Source: Sphingopyxis sp. (lineage in GTDB: Bacteria > Pseudomonadota > Alphaproteobacteria > Sphingomonadales > Sphingomonadaceae). Taken from it: 64,000 bases of DNA. The translations under genes and the position numbers were made by a program. Numbering within the stretch: position 1 is the first letter of the stretch; each line of letters opens with the position of its first letter. The notes below the pieces were generated by a model that saw only the letters and a program-made list of their open reading frames with translations, was not told the origin of the DNA and ran no database searches. Location of the stretch: NCBI GenBank assembly GCA_040080745.1, contig JBEBHS010000001.1, forward strand, positions 69,469-133,468, in the 5' to 3' direction. Of the stretch, positions 1-10,938 are shown in pieces.

Positions 1-14
1 GGGTCGTGTGCTGG

Positions 15-1319
15 TCACTCTGCCGCCTCCCGCATTGCGCTACCCGCGCGCTCCGCGATCCGCCGTTCGAGTTCGGGGCGGAAGTGCTTGATCAGCCCCT
101 GGATCGGCCAGGCCGCCGCGTCGCCCAGCGCGCAAATGGTATGCCCCTCGACCTGCTTGGTGACCTGCTGGAGCATGTCGATCTCGCCCACGTCAGCCTC
201 GCCGGTGCGCAGCCGCTCCATCACCCGCCACATCCAGCCCGTCCCCTCGCGGCACGGCGTGCACTGGCCACAGCTTTCATGCTTGTAGAAATAGGATAGC
301 CGCGAAATCGCGCGGACAATGTCGGTTGATTTGTCCATGACGATGACCGCAGCCGTGCCGAGCCCCGAGCCGACTGCTTTCAGCCCGTCAAAATCCATCG
401 GCGCGTCCATGATCTCGGCTGCGGGAACCAGCGGCACCGATGACCCGCCGGGGATGACCGCGAGCAGATTGTCCCATCCTCCGGTTATGCCGCCGCAATG
501 CCGCTCGATCAGTTCGCGGAAGGGGATGCTCATTTCTTCTTCGACCACGCAAGGCCGCTCGACATGCCCCGAAATCTGGAACAGCTTGGTGCCCTTGTTA
601 CCCTCACGCCCGAACGAGGCGAACCACGCTGCGCCACGCCGCAAGATGGCAGGGACCACCGCGATACTCTCAACGTTGTTCACAGTAGTCGGGCAGCCAT
701 AGAGCCCAGCGCCAGCCGGAAATGGCGGTTTCAGGCGCGGTTGACCCTTTTTACCCTCAAGGCTTTCGATCATCGCGGTTTCTTCGCCGCAGATATAGGC
801 ACCCGCGCCCCGATGAACGAACACGTCAAAATCATAGCCCGAGCCACAAGCGTTTTTGCCGAGCAGCCCCGCGTCATAGGCCTGCCCAACCGCCGCGAAC
901 ATGGTTTCGGCCTCACGGATATATTCGCCGCGAATATAGATATAGGCGGCGCGCGCGCGCATCGCGAAGCCCGCGAGCAATGCCCCCTCGATCAGTTTGT
1001 GCGGGTCGTGGCGAAGGATTTCGCGGTCTTTGCAGCTACCTGGCTCGGATTCATCAGCATTGATGACAAGAAAATTCGGCCGCTCGGGCGTCGGGTTTTT
1101 GGGCATGAACGACCATTTGAGGCCAGTGGGGAACCCTGCCCCGCCGCGCCCGCGCAGGCCGCTCGCCTTGACCGTTTCGACAATTGCGTCCTGCCCAGCC
1201 GCCATCAGGGCCTTGGTCGCGTCCCAATCGCCGCGCGCCTGCGCCGCGCTCAACCCCCAGTCCTGATAGCCGTAAAGGTTGGTGAAGATGCGGTCTTTAT
1301 CGGCGAGGGTCACTTCCAC
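15..1319 (-). CDS. nuoF: NADH-quinone oxidoreductase subunit F
   Basis: 434-aa ORF with the FMN/NADH-site motif [13 protein letters not shown] and the 4Fe-4S cysteine motif [12 protein letters not shown]. It overlaps the nuoE stop, consistent with nuo operon order. Confidence 0.97.
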   Translation of the reverse strand: MEVTLADKDRIFTNLYGYQDWGLSAAQARGDWDATKALMAAGQDAIVETVKASGLRGRGGAGFPTGLKWSFMPKNPTPERPNFLVINADESEPGSCKDREILRHDPHKLIEGALLAGFAMRARAAYIYIRGEYIREAETMFAAVGQAYDAGLLGKNACGSGYDFDVFVHRGAGAYICGEETAMIESLEGKKGQPRLKPPFPAGAGLYGCPTTVNNVESIAVVPAILRRGAAWFASFGREGNKGTKLFQISGHVERPCVVEEEMSIPFRELIERHCGGITGGWDNLLAVIPGGSSVPLVPAAEIMDAPMDFDGLKAVGSGLGTAAVIVMDKSTDIVRAISRLSYFYKHESCGQCTPCREGTGWMWRVMERLRTGEADVGEIDMLQQVTKQVEGHTICALGDAAAWPIQGLIKHFRPELERRIAERAGSAMREAAE

Positions 1320-1984
1320 TCCTCCCGATAATCGTGGTTTGCCGTGACCATCGCCTGCAAAGTGGTCGGCCCGCCCAATGGCTCGACGGTGTGGCGGCCC
1401 GGCTCCTGCGTCCCCGCTTTGGGTTGTTTGCCCTCGGCCAGCGCATCCAGTATCGCGGTCATGCGGTCGTAGTCCAAATCTTCGTAATTATCGTCGTTGA
1501 TCTGGACCATCGGCGCGGACGAACAATTGCCCATACACTCGACCTCGGTCAGGGTGAACAGGCCGTCGGGCGTGGTTTTACCCTTGATCATCCCGCGATT
1601 TTTGCACGCTGTCATGACGTCATCGGACCCGCGCAGCATGCACGGCGTCGTCCCGCACACCTGCACATGGAAACGGCCGACGGGCGCAAGGTTGAACATC
1701 GTATAAAAGGACGCGACTTCGAGCGCGCGCATGAACGGCATGCCGAGCCCGCCCGCGACATATTCAATGACCGGAATCGGCAGCCAGCCTTGGGTGCTCG
1801 TCTGTGCCCCCACTTGCCGCTGTGCGAGGTCGAGCAACGGCATGATCGCGCTGCGTTGGCGACCAGCGGGATAACGCGCGATGATGGCCTTGGCCTGCTT
1901 GGCGTTGGCGGGCGTCCACGCAAACGCGCCCCACGCAGCGCGGACTTCGGTTTCATTGGGGGTGGTCGGGCTAGTCATCGGCAC
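1310..1984 (-). CDS. nuoE: NADH-quinone oxidoreductase subunit E (2Fe-2S)
   Basis: 224-aa ORF with thioredoxin-like 2Fe-2S cysteines ([11 protein letters not shown] ... [11 protein letters not shown]). It lies between nuoD and nuoF. Confidence 0.95.
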   Translation of the reverse strand: MPMTSPTTPNETEVRAAWGAFAWTPANAKQAKAIIARYPAGRQRSAIMPLLDLAQRQVGAQTSTQGWLPIPVIEYVAGGLGMPFMRALEVASFYTMFNLAPVGRFHVQVCGTTPCMLRGSDDVMTACKNRGMIKGKTTPDGLFTLTEVECMGNCSSAPMVQINDDNYEDLDYDRMTAILDALAEGKQPKAGTQEPGRHTVEPLGGPTTLQAMVTANHDYREEWK

Positions 1985-2159
1985 GCCCCTTATTGCGGCG
2001 ATATAATTCCCCCACCGTCAGGCCAGCAAGGATCGCGCCGGAAAAAGCGCTCTGGCGATAGTCGGGCACACCGTCGAGGAGATAGGAAACGAGGGCACCT
2101 GCCAGAAAACCCGCGCCAAACATCGCAGCGACAAGCCCAAGTGTTCGGATAAAGATCAC
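1971..2159 (-). CDS. small hydrophobic protein embedded in the nuo operon (function unknown)
   Basis: 62-aa ORF. Its start overlaps the nuoD stop (4 nt) and its stop overlaps the nuoE start (14 nt). It has one clear hydrophobic helix ([22 protein letters not shown]). Extra URFs inside alphaproteobacterial nuo/nqo clusters are known. Confidence 0.5.
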   Translation of the reverse strand: MIFIRTLGLVAAMFGAGFLAGALVSYLLDGVPDYRQSAFSGAILAGLTVGELYRRNKGRADD

Positions 2160-3373
2160 CGGTCACACTCCCCGAATACGATATCCATCGCGCTCAAAAT
2201 CGCGGTGATGTCGGCCAGCATATGCCCCTTGCAGACGAAATCCATCGCCTGAAGGTGCGAAAACGCGGTCGGGCGGATTTTGCAGCGATAGGGTTTGTTC
2301 GACCCGTCGCTGACCAGATAGACGCCAAACTCGCCCTTGGGGCTTTCGGTCGCGACATAGACCTCGCCAGCGGGGACGTGAAACCCCTCGGTATAGAGTT
2401 TGAAGTGATGGATCAGCGCCTCCATCGACGCCTTCATCTCGGCGCGCCCCGGCGGCACCACCTTGCGGTCTAGGCTGGCGACCGGACCTTCGGGCATGTC
2501 GCGCAAACATTGTTTCATGATGCGGATCGACTGGCGCACTTCCTCGGCGCGGACCATGAAGCGGTCGTAACAGTCGCCCTTGGTCCCCACCGGAATGTCG
2601 AAATCCATGCGGGCATAGACATCATAGGGCTGCGACTTGCGCAAATCCCACGCCACGCCCGCCGCGCGGATCATCGGGCCGGAAAAACCCCAGGCGAGCG
2701 CGTCCGCCGCGCTCACCACGCCGATGTCGACGTTGCGCTGTTTGAAAATGCGGTTGTCAACAACAAGCTTCAACCCGTCCTCGAACAGTCGGGTGAGCCG
2801 ATCATCGAGCCACGCGGCAATATCGTCGAGCAACCTTTGCGGCACATCCTGATGCACCCCGCCCGGGCGGAACCAGGCCATGTGCATCCGCGCTCCGCTC
2901 GCCCGCTCGAAAAAGCCGTAAGCGTCCTCGCGCGCTTCATACATCCACAGCCCCGGGGTCATCGCCCCGACATCGAGCGCGTGGTGCGCAAGGTTGAGCA
3001 GATGGTTGGAAATCCGCGTCAGCTCGGCGAACAGCACGCGCAGATATTGCGCGCGGAGCGGCACTTCCAAATCGAGCAGTTTCTCGATCGCCAGCACATA
3101 GCTGTGCTCCATGCTGAGCGGCGAGGCATAATCGAGCCGATCAAAATAGGGCAGCGCCTGAAGATAGGTCTTATGCTCGATCAACTTCTCGGTGCCACGA
3201 TGGAGCAAGCCGATATGCGGGTCGATCCGCTCGATAATCTCGCCGTCAAGCTCGGTCACCATCCGCAACACGCCGTGCGCCGCCGGGTGCTGAGGCCCGA
3301 AATTGATCGTTGTATTGTGGATGGTGCGATCGCCAGCGGTGCGGGCGGTATCAGCGGAGGCGGCTTCGCTCAT
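2156..3373 (-). CDS. nuoD: NADH-quinone oxidoreductase subunit D
   Basis: Motifs [14 protein letters not shown] and C-terminal [10 protein letters not shown] place the start at the internal Met (MSEAAS...) at 3373, which overlaps the nuoC stop as ATGA. The longer ORF to 3424 would overlap nuoC. Confidence 0.95.
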   Translation of the reverse strand: MSEAASADTARTAGDRTIHNTTINFGPQHPAAHGVLRMVTELDGEIIERIDPHIGLLHRGTEKLIEHKTYLQALPYFDRLDYASPLSMEHSYVLAIEKLLDLEVPLRAQYLRVLFAELTRISNHLLNLAHHALDVGAMTPGLWMYEAREDAYGFFERASGARMHMAWFRPGGVHQDVPQRLLDDIAAWLDDRLTRLFEDGLKLVVDNRIFKQRNVDIGVVSAADALAWGFSGPMIRAAGVAWDLRKSQPYDVYARMDFDIPVGTKGDCYDRFMVRAEEVRQSIRIMKQCLRDMPEGPVASLDRKVVPPGRAEMKASMEALIHHFKLYTEGFHVPAGEVYVATESPKGEFGVYLVSDGSNKPYRCKIRPTAFSHLQAMDFVCKGHMLADITAILSAMDIVFGECDR

Positions 3374-3987
3374 GACTTCGCCCCCTTCTCGTCGCCGGGC
3401 AAAATATAGTCGGCACCCTCCCACGGGCTCATGAAGTCAAAGCTGCGGAAATCCTGCGGTAATTGGACGGGTTCATAGACGATGCGCTGCTCGGCCTCCG
3501 AATAGCGCACCTCGACATGACCGGTCAGCGGGAAATCCTTGCGCTGCGGGTGGCCGACAAAGCCATAGTCGGTGAGGATCCTGCGCAAATCGGCGTGCCC
3601 CGCAAATGTGACGCCATAGAGGTCGAATATCTCGCGCTCCAGCCACCCCGCGACAGGGTAAACGCCCGTTACGCTGGGGATCGGCGCCCTCTCATCGGTG
3701 CAGGTGCGGATGCGCAGGCGGTGGTTTTTGGTGACGCTGAGCAGATGATAAACAACCTCGAACCGCTCGACGCGGTCGGGATAATCGACCCCGGCAATCT
3801 CCATCAACTGCTGATAGGCAAAATCATCGCGCAGCTTGGTAAGTACAGCGACAATGCTGTCGCGCTTGACGGTGATGCCAAGCTCGCCGTGCGCCTCTCC
3901 GCCCGTAACGAACGCCTTGCCAATCGCCTTTTTAACGGCGGAAACGACCCCTTTGTGGCCGATGATGAGCGGAGCGGGAGAGGCCAC
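3370..3987 (-). CDS. nuoC: NADH-quinone oxidoreductase subunit C
   Basis: 205-aa ORF with the 30-kDa subunit signature region ([27 protein letters not shown]) in the expected operon position. Confidence 0.93.
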   Translation of the reverse strand: MASPAPLIIGHKGVVSAVKKAIGKAFVTGGEAHGELGITVKRDSIVAVLTKLRDDFAYQQLMEIAGVDYPDRVERFEVVYHLLSVTKNHRLRIRTCTDERAPIPSVTGVYPVAGWLEREIFDLYGVTFAGHADLRRILTDYGFVGHPQRKDFPLTGHVEVRYSEAEQRIVYEPVQLPQDFRSFDFMSPWEGADYILPGDEKGAKS

Positions 3988-3990
3988 GGC

Positions 3991-4518
3991 TCAGCGCTCT
4001 ACCGTGCCGGTGCGGCGGATTTTGCGCTGGAGCTGCATGACGCCATAGAGCAGCGCCTCGGCGGTCGGCGGGCAGCCGGGAACGTAGATGTCAACCGGAA
4101 CGATGCGATCGCACCCGCGCACGACGCTGTAGCTATAGTGATAATAGCCGCCGCCATTGGCACAGCTGCCCATCGAAATCACATATTTCGGCTCGGACAT
4201 CTGGTCGTACACCTTGCGCAGCGCCGGCGCCATTTTGTTGCACAGCGTGCCCGCGACGATCATCACGTCCGATTGACGTGGACTTCCGCGCGGAGCGATA
4301 CCGAACCGCTCAAAATCATAACGCGGCATATAGCCGTGGATCATCTCGACCCCGCAACACGCGAGGCCAAAGGTCATCGGCCACAGCGAGCCGGTGCGCG
4401 CCCAGTTGAAAATATCCTCGGTGGTCGTGATGACAAATCCCTTGTCATCAACCTCTGACGACACATCGTTGAAAAAGGCCGCATCGGGCATGGTGATTGC
4501 GCTCTGTGTCATTCCCAA
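3991..4518 (-). CDS. nuoB: NADH-quinone oxidoreductase subunit B
   Basis: 175-aa ORF with the N2-cluster cysteines ([25 protein letters not shown]). Confidence 0.96.
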   Translation of the reverse strand: MGMTQSAITMPDAAFFNDVSSEVDDKGFVITTTEDIFNWARTGSLWPMTFGLACCGVEMIHGYMPRYDFERFGIAPRGSPRQSDVMIVAGTLCNKMAPALRKVYDQMSEPKYVISMGSCANGGGYYHYSYSVVRGCDRIVPVDIYVPGCPPTAEALLYGVMQLQRKIRRTGTVER

Positions 4519-4883
4519 TCCAGCGCTCCCTTTTTCCAGGCATAGACAAGGCCGAGCACCAGTTCACTCAGGAACACCATCATCGTCGCCCAGCCAGCCC
4601 AGCCGATTTCCTTGAGGCTGACCGCCCATGGGAACAGGAACGCGGCTTCGAGGTCAAAGATGATGAACAGGATGGCGACGAGATAGAAACGCACGTCAAA
4701 CTGGCCACGGCTATCCTCGAACGCGGGGAAACCACATTCATATTCGCTCAATTTTTCTGACCCAGGCTTATGCGATCCGGTCAGGCGCGAAACCCCCATC
4801 GGCAGGAACACAAACAGCGCAGACAAGCCCACCGCAACGAACAGAAATAGCAGGATTGGCGCATATTGCGACAGGTCAACCAC
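4509..4883 (-). CDS. nuoA: NADH-quinone oxidoreductase subunit A
   Basis: 124-aa three-helix membrane protein with YECGF and FDLE motifs; first gene of the nuo operon. Confidence 0.93.
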   Translation of the reverse strand: MVDLSQYAPILLFLFVAVGLSALFVFLPMGVSRLTGSHKPGSEKLSEYECGFPAFEDSRGQFDVRFYLVAILFIIFDLEAAFLFPWAVSLKEIGWAGWATMMVFLSELVLGLVYAWKKGALDWE

Positions 4884-5004
4884 GCGGGATCTTTCTTGTC
4901 ATTGGGGATGTGATTCACCCCCCGATTGGCCGCGCTTCTAGGCCAGCAACAGCCCCTTCGCAAGGCCGTAAAGCGCCATTTTCGTCGCGAATGCGAATCC
5001 CCCT

Positions 5005-6189
5005 TTAACGCATGCGCACGCTTCTGATTTCGGTTGGCGCAAGCGGCTCTTCGCCAATGATTTGCGCGCCATCACCAAAGCGTCGCCACTGGCTGTTGCC
5101 AATGTAAACCAGATTGCGACCATCAATAACACCTGTTGTTGGCTCATCCCACTTGGGATTGGCGCGCTCCAGCACCTTGATAGCCGTAACGCGCCGCCCA
5201 TCGCGCGATAATATGATCTGAATGATTCGATGGGGAATCGTACCGTTTTGAATGGCAATCAGGGTTCCACGATACCATAGCAAGCCATCGATTCCGTCGA
5301 GAGCGGCGGGCACATCGCTGCTCAACCACGACACATACCCCGTATCGCGGTCAATGGTCGCGATCCCGTGCGCATAATCCGAAACATAAAGGCGCGAGCG
5401 GCGCTCATCGATTGCGATCCCTTGCGGACTGCGCAAAACGCCGGGCGGCACCAGCTGCTCGACATCTATGGAATCGGCCGCCCCGCGATAAATTGCCCCG
5501 TTAACCGGATCGGACACATACACCGCACCATCGGCAGCAACCGATAAGTCCCCCATCGACGCGCCAGCGGGGGCGTGGACAATCCTGTGGATGGTGCCGC
5601 TCGTCGCGTCCTGCGCCAGCAACCCGGCAAAATGCGGCATGGCTGGCGACTGCGGGACAATCACCCGCGCCGACCATAATATATTGCGGCGGCGGTCAAT
5701 CGCCAGGCCAAACACGCTGCCATGGCCGTCGCTGCCCGCCAGTGGAGCAGCCGCCCCACCGCTATCAACGCGGTATATTCTGGCATCGGCGACCGAAGAT
5801 ATAAACCATCCGCCACCACGGATCGGCGCAAGCGATTCGATGAGACGAGGTCCGCTAATGTTTGCCAATATGTTGCTGTCGCCAAAGGGGGCCGCGTTTG
5901 CGTCGAGCCTTGCGCTCCACTGCGCAAACATATCTGCATCCATAGCGGGGCGGACAGTCTGCCTGCCGTTCATCGACAAACTGCCGCCAAGCTCTGCGTA
6001 GCGATGCGCGGCTTGGGCAGCGCGGGTCAAGTCAGCAGTCTCCAATGACGCACCAATGGTGCGCCGCAATGCGGCAGAAGTTTGCTGATCGATCGGTACA
6101 GGCGGTTCCGATTGCTGTGCGACCGCGCCCAAGCTGAACAGCATCGCTGCGCCAATGAGCACGAAGCCGAAATGTTTAACCACCGCCAT
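5005..6189 (-). CDS. secreted beta-propeller protein (SMP-30/gluconolactonase/NHL-like)
   Basis: Start taken at the internal Met (MAVVKHFGFVLIGAAMLFSLGAVAQQ, a signal-peptide-like leader) so it does not overlap suhB. Repeated blade-like segments are visible (YVSDPVNGAIYR, PQGIAIDERRSRLYVSD, GLLWYRGTLIAI). Confidence 0.6.
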   Translation of the reverse strand: MAVVKHFGFVLIGAAMLFSLGAVAQQSEPPVPIDQQTSAALRRTIGASLETADLTRAAQAAHRYAELGGSLSMNGRQTVRPAMDADMFAQWSARLDANAAPFGDSNILANISGPRLIESLAPIRGGGWFISSVADARIYRVDSGGAAAPLAGSDGHGSVFGLAIDRRRNILWSARVIVPQSPAMPHFAGLLAQDATSGTIHRIVHAPAGASMGDLSVAADGAVYVSDPVNGAIYRGAADSIDVEQLVPPGVLRSPQGIAIDERRSRLYVSDYAHGIATIDRDTGYVSWLSSDVPAALDGIDGLLWYRGTLIAIQNGTIPHRIIQIILSRDGRRVTAIKVLERANPKWDEPTTGVIDGRNLVYIGNSQWRRFGDGAQIIGEEPLAPTEIRSVRMR

Positions 6190-6199
6190 CAAGCGATGG

Positions 6200-7021
6200 T
6201 TAAACGCCCCGCAACGCCCCCGCAACCAACTTGTGCAGCTTGCTGTGCAGTATGTCGTTGGCGGCGAGAAACTCGCTGCGTTCCATCGCGCGCTCGCCGC
6301 CGCGAAAATCAGTGATAAACCCGCCTGCTTCCTTGACCAGCAATATCCCCGCCGCGACATCCCATGGCGATAGATCAGATTCCCAAAAACCATCGAAGCG
6401 CCCCGCCGCGACCCATGCGAGGTCTAGGCTGGCCGCCCCAAAACGGCGGATACCCGCCACACCGGGGGCAATCGCGCCAAAAATCCTAGTCCACTGCGCC
6501 AAATCACCATGGCCGAAGAAGGGGATGCCCGTGGCGATGAGCGCATCGGCCAAATCGCGCCGGGCGGAAACCCGCAGCCTTTGACCATTGCGCCACGCCC
6601 CGCGTCCCCGCTCCGCCCAATAGCTTTCGTCGGTGATTGGTTGATAGACCAGACCAGCGACCATTTCACCCCAGCTGCCATCGCTGCGCGGTTCCTGCAC
6701 CGCGATGGAAATGGCGAAATGCGGGATGCCATGGAGGAAGTTCGATGTGCCATCGAGCGGATCGACCACCCAGCGCGGTTTGCCGGGGGCACCGTCGATG
6801 CTGCCGCCCTCCTCCATCAAAAAACCCCAGTCGGGCCGCGCACGCAGCAATTCATCATATAAAGTGCGCTCGGCCTGTCTGTCTGCGCGGCTAACGAAAT
6901 CCGCCGGTCCCTTGCGCGATACTTGCAGATGCTCGACCTCGCCAAAATCGCGGCGCAGCTTGCCCCCCGCCTTGCGCGCGGCGCGCTCCATCACGGTAAT
7001 GACGCCCGATTGTGCAGCCAT
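6200..7021 (-). CDS. suhB: inositol monophosphatase family protein
   Basis: 273-aa ORF with IMPase motifs (WVVDPLDGTSNFLHG, WDVAAGILLVKEAGG). Confidence 0.88.
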   Translation of the reverse strand: MAAQSGVITVMERAARKAGGKLRRDFGEVEHLQVSRKGPADFVSRADRQAERTLYDELLRARPDWGFLMEEGGSIDGAPGKPRWVVDPLDGTSNFLHGIPHFAISIAVQEPRSDGSWGEMVAGLVYQPITDESYWAERGRGAWRNGQRLRVSARRDLADALIATGIPFFGHGDLAQWTRIFGAIAPGVAGIRRFGAASLDLAWVAAGRFDGFWESDLSPWDVAAGILLVKEAGGFITDFRGGERAMERSEFLAANDILHSKLHKLVAGALRGV

Positions 7022-7584
7022 CAGTCGGCGCGCTTCACATATTCGCGGTCATAAACATTGACGACAATCCGCGTGCCGCTGGTGATATGCGGCGGCACCA
7101 TCACCCGCACCCCATTGTCGAGCATCGCGGGCTTATAGCTCGACGAAGCGGTCTGCCCTTTGACCACCGCATCGGCCTCAACCACCAGAGCCTCAATCTG
7201 TTCGGGCAGTTCGACCGAAATAGGCCGCTCGTCCCAAAGCTCAAGCACGACATCCATACCGTCCTGCAGGAAGTCCGCTGCTTCGCCGATCAATTCGCGC
7301 GACAGATTGATCTGTTCATATGTGTCCTTGTCCATGAACACCAGCGCGTCGCCATCGGCATAAAGATATTGGAAATCCTTGGTGTCGAGCCGCACCTTTT
7401 CAACCGTATCCTGTGACCGGAAACGCACATTGGTTTTGCGGCCATCGACGAGGTTTTTCATCTCGACTTGCATGAACGCGCCGCCTTTGCCGGGCTGGGT
7501 GTGCTGGATTTTGGCAACTTTCCAGATGCCTTTTTCATATTCGATGATATTTCCAGGACGAATGTCCACACCACTGATCTTCAT
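7021..7584 (-). CDS. efp: translation elongation factor P
   Basis: 187-aa ORF with typical EF-P N-terminus ([16 protein letters not shown]...[17 protein letters not shown]) and length. Confidence 0.96.
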   Translation of the reverse strand: MKISGVDIRPGNIIEYEKGIWKVAKIQHTQPGKGGAFMQVEMKNLVDGRKTNVRFRSQDTVEKVRLDTKDFQYLYADGDALVFMDKDTYEQINLSRELIGEAADFLQDGMDVVLELWDERPISVELPEQIEALVVEADAVVKGQTASSSYKPAMLDNGVRVMVPPHITSGTRIVVNVYDREYVKRAD

Positions 7585-7784
7585 AAGAGATCGCCTTTGC
7601 GCATATACGAGGTTAAAAGAGCCGGATGGCTAGCTGTAACCATCTATGGTGCGCGCCTAGCGGTGCCAGGTCACCAATGCAAGTATGCGGCGCATAGGAG
7701 TATGAGTGGGCAGCTTCAAGGCCCGCTCGATATGGTGCAAATGCTGCTTGACGAAATGGCGGCTCCACCACACAAGCGCATCGC

Positions 7785-9605
7785 ATGTGCGGAATCGCGG
7801 GCATCTTTTCATACGCTTCTTCTGCGGCCAATGTGGATGAGGGCGAACTCACCCGCATCCGCGACCATATGGCTGCGCGCGGACCGGATGGCTTTGCCAA
7901 TTGGGTGGACACGAATAGACGGATAGGACTGGCGCATCGCCGTCTGGCGATCATCGATTTGACCGACGGTGGTTTTCAGCCAATGTCCGATGGCGGCGCG
8001 CTGACCATCACGTTCAACGGCGAGATTTATAATTACCGCGCGCTTCGCACCGCGTTGGAGGCGAAGGGCCAGGTCTTTCGCACTGCGTCCGACACCGAGG
8101 TGATTTTGCGCGGCTTCGCACTAGAGGGGCCGGCGATATTCGCACGGCTGCGCGGGATGTTCGCCCTAGCAATCTGGGATGCGAATGCGCGTCGATTGAC
8201 GATGGCGCGCGACGGCTATGGCATCAAGCCGCTCTATTATGCAAATAATGGCAGCGCGATCCGCTTTGCCTCATCGGTCAAGGCGCTGCTGGCGGGCGGG
8301 CATATCTCGCGCGAGCCGGACTATGCGGGCCGCGCCGGGTTTTACATGCTGGGCAGCGTCCCCGAACCCTTCACATCCTTCGCCGCCATATCCGCGCTAC
8401 CCGCCGGATGCTGGATGACATGCGACGCGAATGGGGTCATAGAACCGCAAACCCACAGCTCGATTGCCGCCATATACACCCAAGCCGAAGACGAGGCACG
8501 TGACTTGCGGCTGAGCAGCGATGAAGCGACCGAAATCGCGCATGCCGCGTTGCTTGACAGTGTGCGCCACCACCTGATCGCCGATGTGCCGGTGGCCACT
8601 TTCCTCTCCGCCGGTGTCGACAGCGGTGCCATCCTCGGCCTTGCGTGCCAGGCAGGCGACCAGATCGCCGCGCTGACACTGGGTTTTGGCGAATATGTCG
8701 GGCTGGCTGATGATGAACGTACGCTGGCGGGGGTGACTGCCGCGCATTACGGTGTGACGATGCGCGCGCGCACCGTTGATCGCACTGAGTTCCTTGGCGA
8801 TGCCGAAGCGATCCTCGCGGGCATGGACCAACCGTCGATCGACGGGCCGAATACATGGTTCATTTCCAAATTCGCCCGCGAACAGGGGGTTAAGGCGGCG
8901 CTATCCGGCCTTGGCGGCGATGAATTGCTGGGCGGATATCCGGCCTTTACCGACGTGCCGCGCTGGACCAGGCGGATGGGCGCGCTGCACGCGACGCCGA
9001 TCCTCTCGTCCATCGTCAACATCATTGGCCATGCCGAAGGCGCGGTACGGCTGGGGTTGAACCCAAAGGCGCTTGGCCTGCTGCGCTATGGCAGATGTAT
9101 CGAGGGCGCGTATTTTGTGCGGCGCGGCCTATTCATGCCGTGGGAGCTGGACGCCATTATGGGCGGCGATGCAGCACGCGAAGGGCGCGCGCGGCTTGAT
9201 ATCCTTCCCCGTCTGGCCGCCGCGATGGATCAGGGCAGCCGCAACATGTTCGCCCGCGTCGCCACACTCGAATCATCGCAATATATGCGCAACCAGTTGC
9301 TGCGCGACGCCGACTGGGCCAGCATGGCGCACAGTCTCGAAATTCGGGTGCCCTTGGTCGATACCACTTTGCTCAAGATATTGGCACCGCTGATGCTGTC
9401 GAGCGTGATCGGCAATGGCAAGGCATTGCTGGCCAGCGCACCCCAAAAACCGCTGCCCGATGCGATTATCAGCCGCACCAAGACCGGTTTCAGTATCCCG
9501 GTTGGCCAGTGGATGGGGATGCAGCCACCGCATAAGCGGGGCAACCCCTATGGCTATACCCGCGACTGGGCACGACGCGTCGGCCAGATTGCCTTCGATG
9601 ACTGA
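7785..9605 (+). CDS. asparagine synthase-like glutamine amidotransferase (EPS-locus type)
   Basis: 606-aa ORF. N-terminal MCGIAG (Ntn Cys nucleophile) and a PP-loop-like FLSAGVDSGAI. First gene of the polysaccharide locus. Confidence 0.85.
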   Translation: MCGIAGIFSYASSAANVDEGELTRIRDHMAARGPDGFANWVDTNRRIGLAHRRLAIIDLTDGGFQPMSDGGALTITFNGEIYNYRALRTALEAKGQVFRTASDTEVILRGFALEGPAIFARLRGMFALAIWDANARRLTMARDGYGIKPLYYANNGSAIRFASSVKALLAGGHISREPDYAGRAGFYMLGSVPEPFTSFAAISALPAGCWMTCDANGVIEPQTHSSIAAIYTQAEDEARDLRLSSDEATEIAHAALLDSVRHHLIADVPVATFLSAGVDSGAILGLACQAGDQIAALTLGFGEYVGLADDERTLAGVTAAHYGVTMRARTVDRTEFLGDAEAILAGMDQPSIDGPNTWFISKFAREQGVKAALSGLGGDELLGGYPAFTDVPRWTRRMGALHATPILSSIVNIIGHAEGAVRLGLNPKALGLLRYGRCIEGAYFVRRGLFMPWELDAIMGGDAAREGRARLDILPRLAAAMDQGSRNMFARVATLESSQYMRNQLLRDADWASMAHSLEIRVPLVDTTLLKILAPLMLSSVIGNGKALLASAPQKPLPDAIISRTKTGFSIPVGQWMGMQPPHKRGNPYGYTRDWARRVGQIAFDD

Positions 9606-10695
9606 GGCCGCTGGTGCCCATATTCTGTTTCTTGCCACCGACGCGCATGGCGCGCCCGGCGGCATTGCCCAATATAATCGCGACGTCCTCGATGCACTGG
9701 CGGGCATGGGGTGCGTGGAACAGATCACCGTGCTGTCGCGCCACGGGAATGGACGGCATGACGACGCGCCAGCTAAAGCCAACTATCCCAAGCGCCAACC
9801 ACAAGGTCGCGTCGCCTATATTTGGCTGCTGCTCCGCGCAATTTTCGGGCGAAACACTGGCCTCATCTATTGCGCGCATATCAACCTGCTGCCGCTGGCA
9901 GTGCTGGCAAAATATATAACTAAATCGCCAACATTTCTCATGATTTATGGGATAGATGCTTGGAAAAGGCCATCGCGGCTGGTCGGTTGGATGGTACGGC
10001 ATATCGATGCGCTGGGGTCTATCAGTCAGATCACGCTCGATCGTTTCATTTCTTGGGCCGGGCCATCGACCTGCCCCCATTACATCCTGCCCAATGCCAT
10101 TGATGAAAAGATATTCGGTATCGCTGAACCAAACAAGGCGCTGACGGCGAGGCTTGGGCTGGATGGCGGGCCGGTCATTATGACCTTTGGCCGCATGTCG
10201 GCGAGTGAGCGGTATAAGGGGTTTGACGAGGTGCTGGAGGCTCTGCCGCATCTGCGTTCTGCCATGCCGAGCCTGCGTTATATGCTAGCCGGGGATGGCG
10301 ATGACCGCCCAAGGCTCGAGGCAAAAGCGCAGGCGCTCGGCGTCGCGCCACATTGTATTTTTACCGGTTATTTGCCCGAGAGCGAAAAGGCCGACGCATT
10401 CCGCCTCGCCGATGCCTATGTCATGCCCAGTCACGGCGAAGGGTTCGGCTTTGTCGTGCTCGAGGCGCTGGCGTGCGGTGTGCCGGTGGTCGCCAGCACA
10501 ACCGACGGTACGTTCGAGGCGGTGCGCGGCGGCACGCTTGGCCATGCGGTCGATCCCGCCGACAGGCAAGCGCTGATCGATGCGACCATCGCTGCGGTGC
10601 GGATGCCCAAAGCCGTCCCGGCGGGCCTCGAATATTTCAGCTCGGCGCAGTTTGCCGCACGGCTTCGCTTTGCACTCCTGCCAATGATTGCCTGA
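9598..10695 (+). CDS. glycosyltransferase, GT4-like (paralog of 18527-19645)
   Basis: Start taken at the ATG at 9598, overlapping the upstream stop; the longer ORF from 9415 would overlap 190 nt. C-terminal GT-B signature (VMPSHGEGFGFVVLEALACGVPVVAS). Confidence 0.85.
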   Translation: MTEAAGAHILFLATDAHGAPGGIAQYNRDVLDALAGMGCVEQITVLSRHGNGRHDDAPAKANYPKRQPQGRVAYIWLLLRAIFGRNTGLIYCAHINLLPLAVLAKYITKSPTFLMIYGIDAWKRPSRLVGWMVRHIDALGSISQITLDRFISWAGPSTCPHYILPNAIDEKIFGIAEPNKALTARLGLDGGPVIMTFGRMSASERYKGFDEVLEALPHLRSAMPSLRYMLAGDGDDRPRLEAKAQALGVAPHCIFTGYLPESEKADAFRLADAYVMPSHGEGFGFVVLEALACGVPVVASTTDGTFEAVRGGTLGHAVDPADRQALIDATIAAVRMPKAVPAGLEYFSSAQFAARLRFALLPMIA

Positions 10696-10708
10696 AATCG
10701 CCAAAAGG

Positions 10709-10785
10709 CTAGTGGAACGAATTGAACATTTGATTCCCTTGGGCGGCTGCTCTGGTTCAAATGTTCAATTCAAAAGTTCCACTAG
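10709..10785. repeat. 77-bp palindromic element, copy 1 (25-bp stem with 4-nt bulge, 23-nt loop, CTAGTGG termini)
   Basis: ctagtggaacgaattgaacatttga ... tcaaatgttcaattcaaaagttccactag. The arms are perfectly complementary apart from an aaaa bulge. AT-rich compared with flanking sequence. Confidence 0.8.
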
Positions 10786-10798
10786 AAATATAATGTTG

Positions 10799-10875
10799 CT
10801 AGTGGTTCTCATGATTCTGACATTTGCGCGCGCCCTAGCCGCAAGGGGATGCAAATGTCAGAATCGAACCACTAG
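10799..10875. repeat. 77-bp palindromic element, copy 2 (same architecture, inverted relative to copy 1)
   Basis: ctagtggttctcatgattctgacatttgc ... gcaaatgtcagaatcgaaccactag. 25-bp stem with the 4-nt bulge on the opposite arm and a 23-nt loop. Its reverse complement aligns with copy 1 (shared ctagtgg, acatttg, caaatgt, ccactag). Confidence 0.8.
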
Positions 10876-10938
10876 ACGTCGCGCACTGCACTGACTATGG
10901 GGCAAGCCACTCTCCCTCAGATACAAAGAGATGACATG

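Noticed and set aside
5005-6393. Long forms of several ORFs (5005-6393, 9415-10695, 21073-21879, 22681-23988, 29434-32730, 53926-55044, 52743-53993, 61838-63178)
   Set aside because: The 5' extensions overlap the upstream gene or lack a leader or Shine-Dalgarno sequence. Internal starts give signal peptides, Shine-Dalgarno sequences or stop/start coupling, so the shorter coordinates were used.
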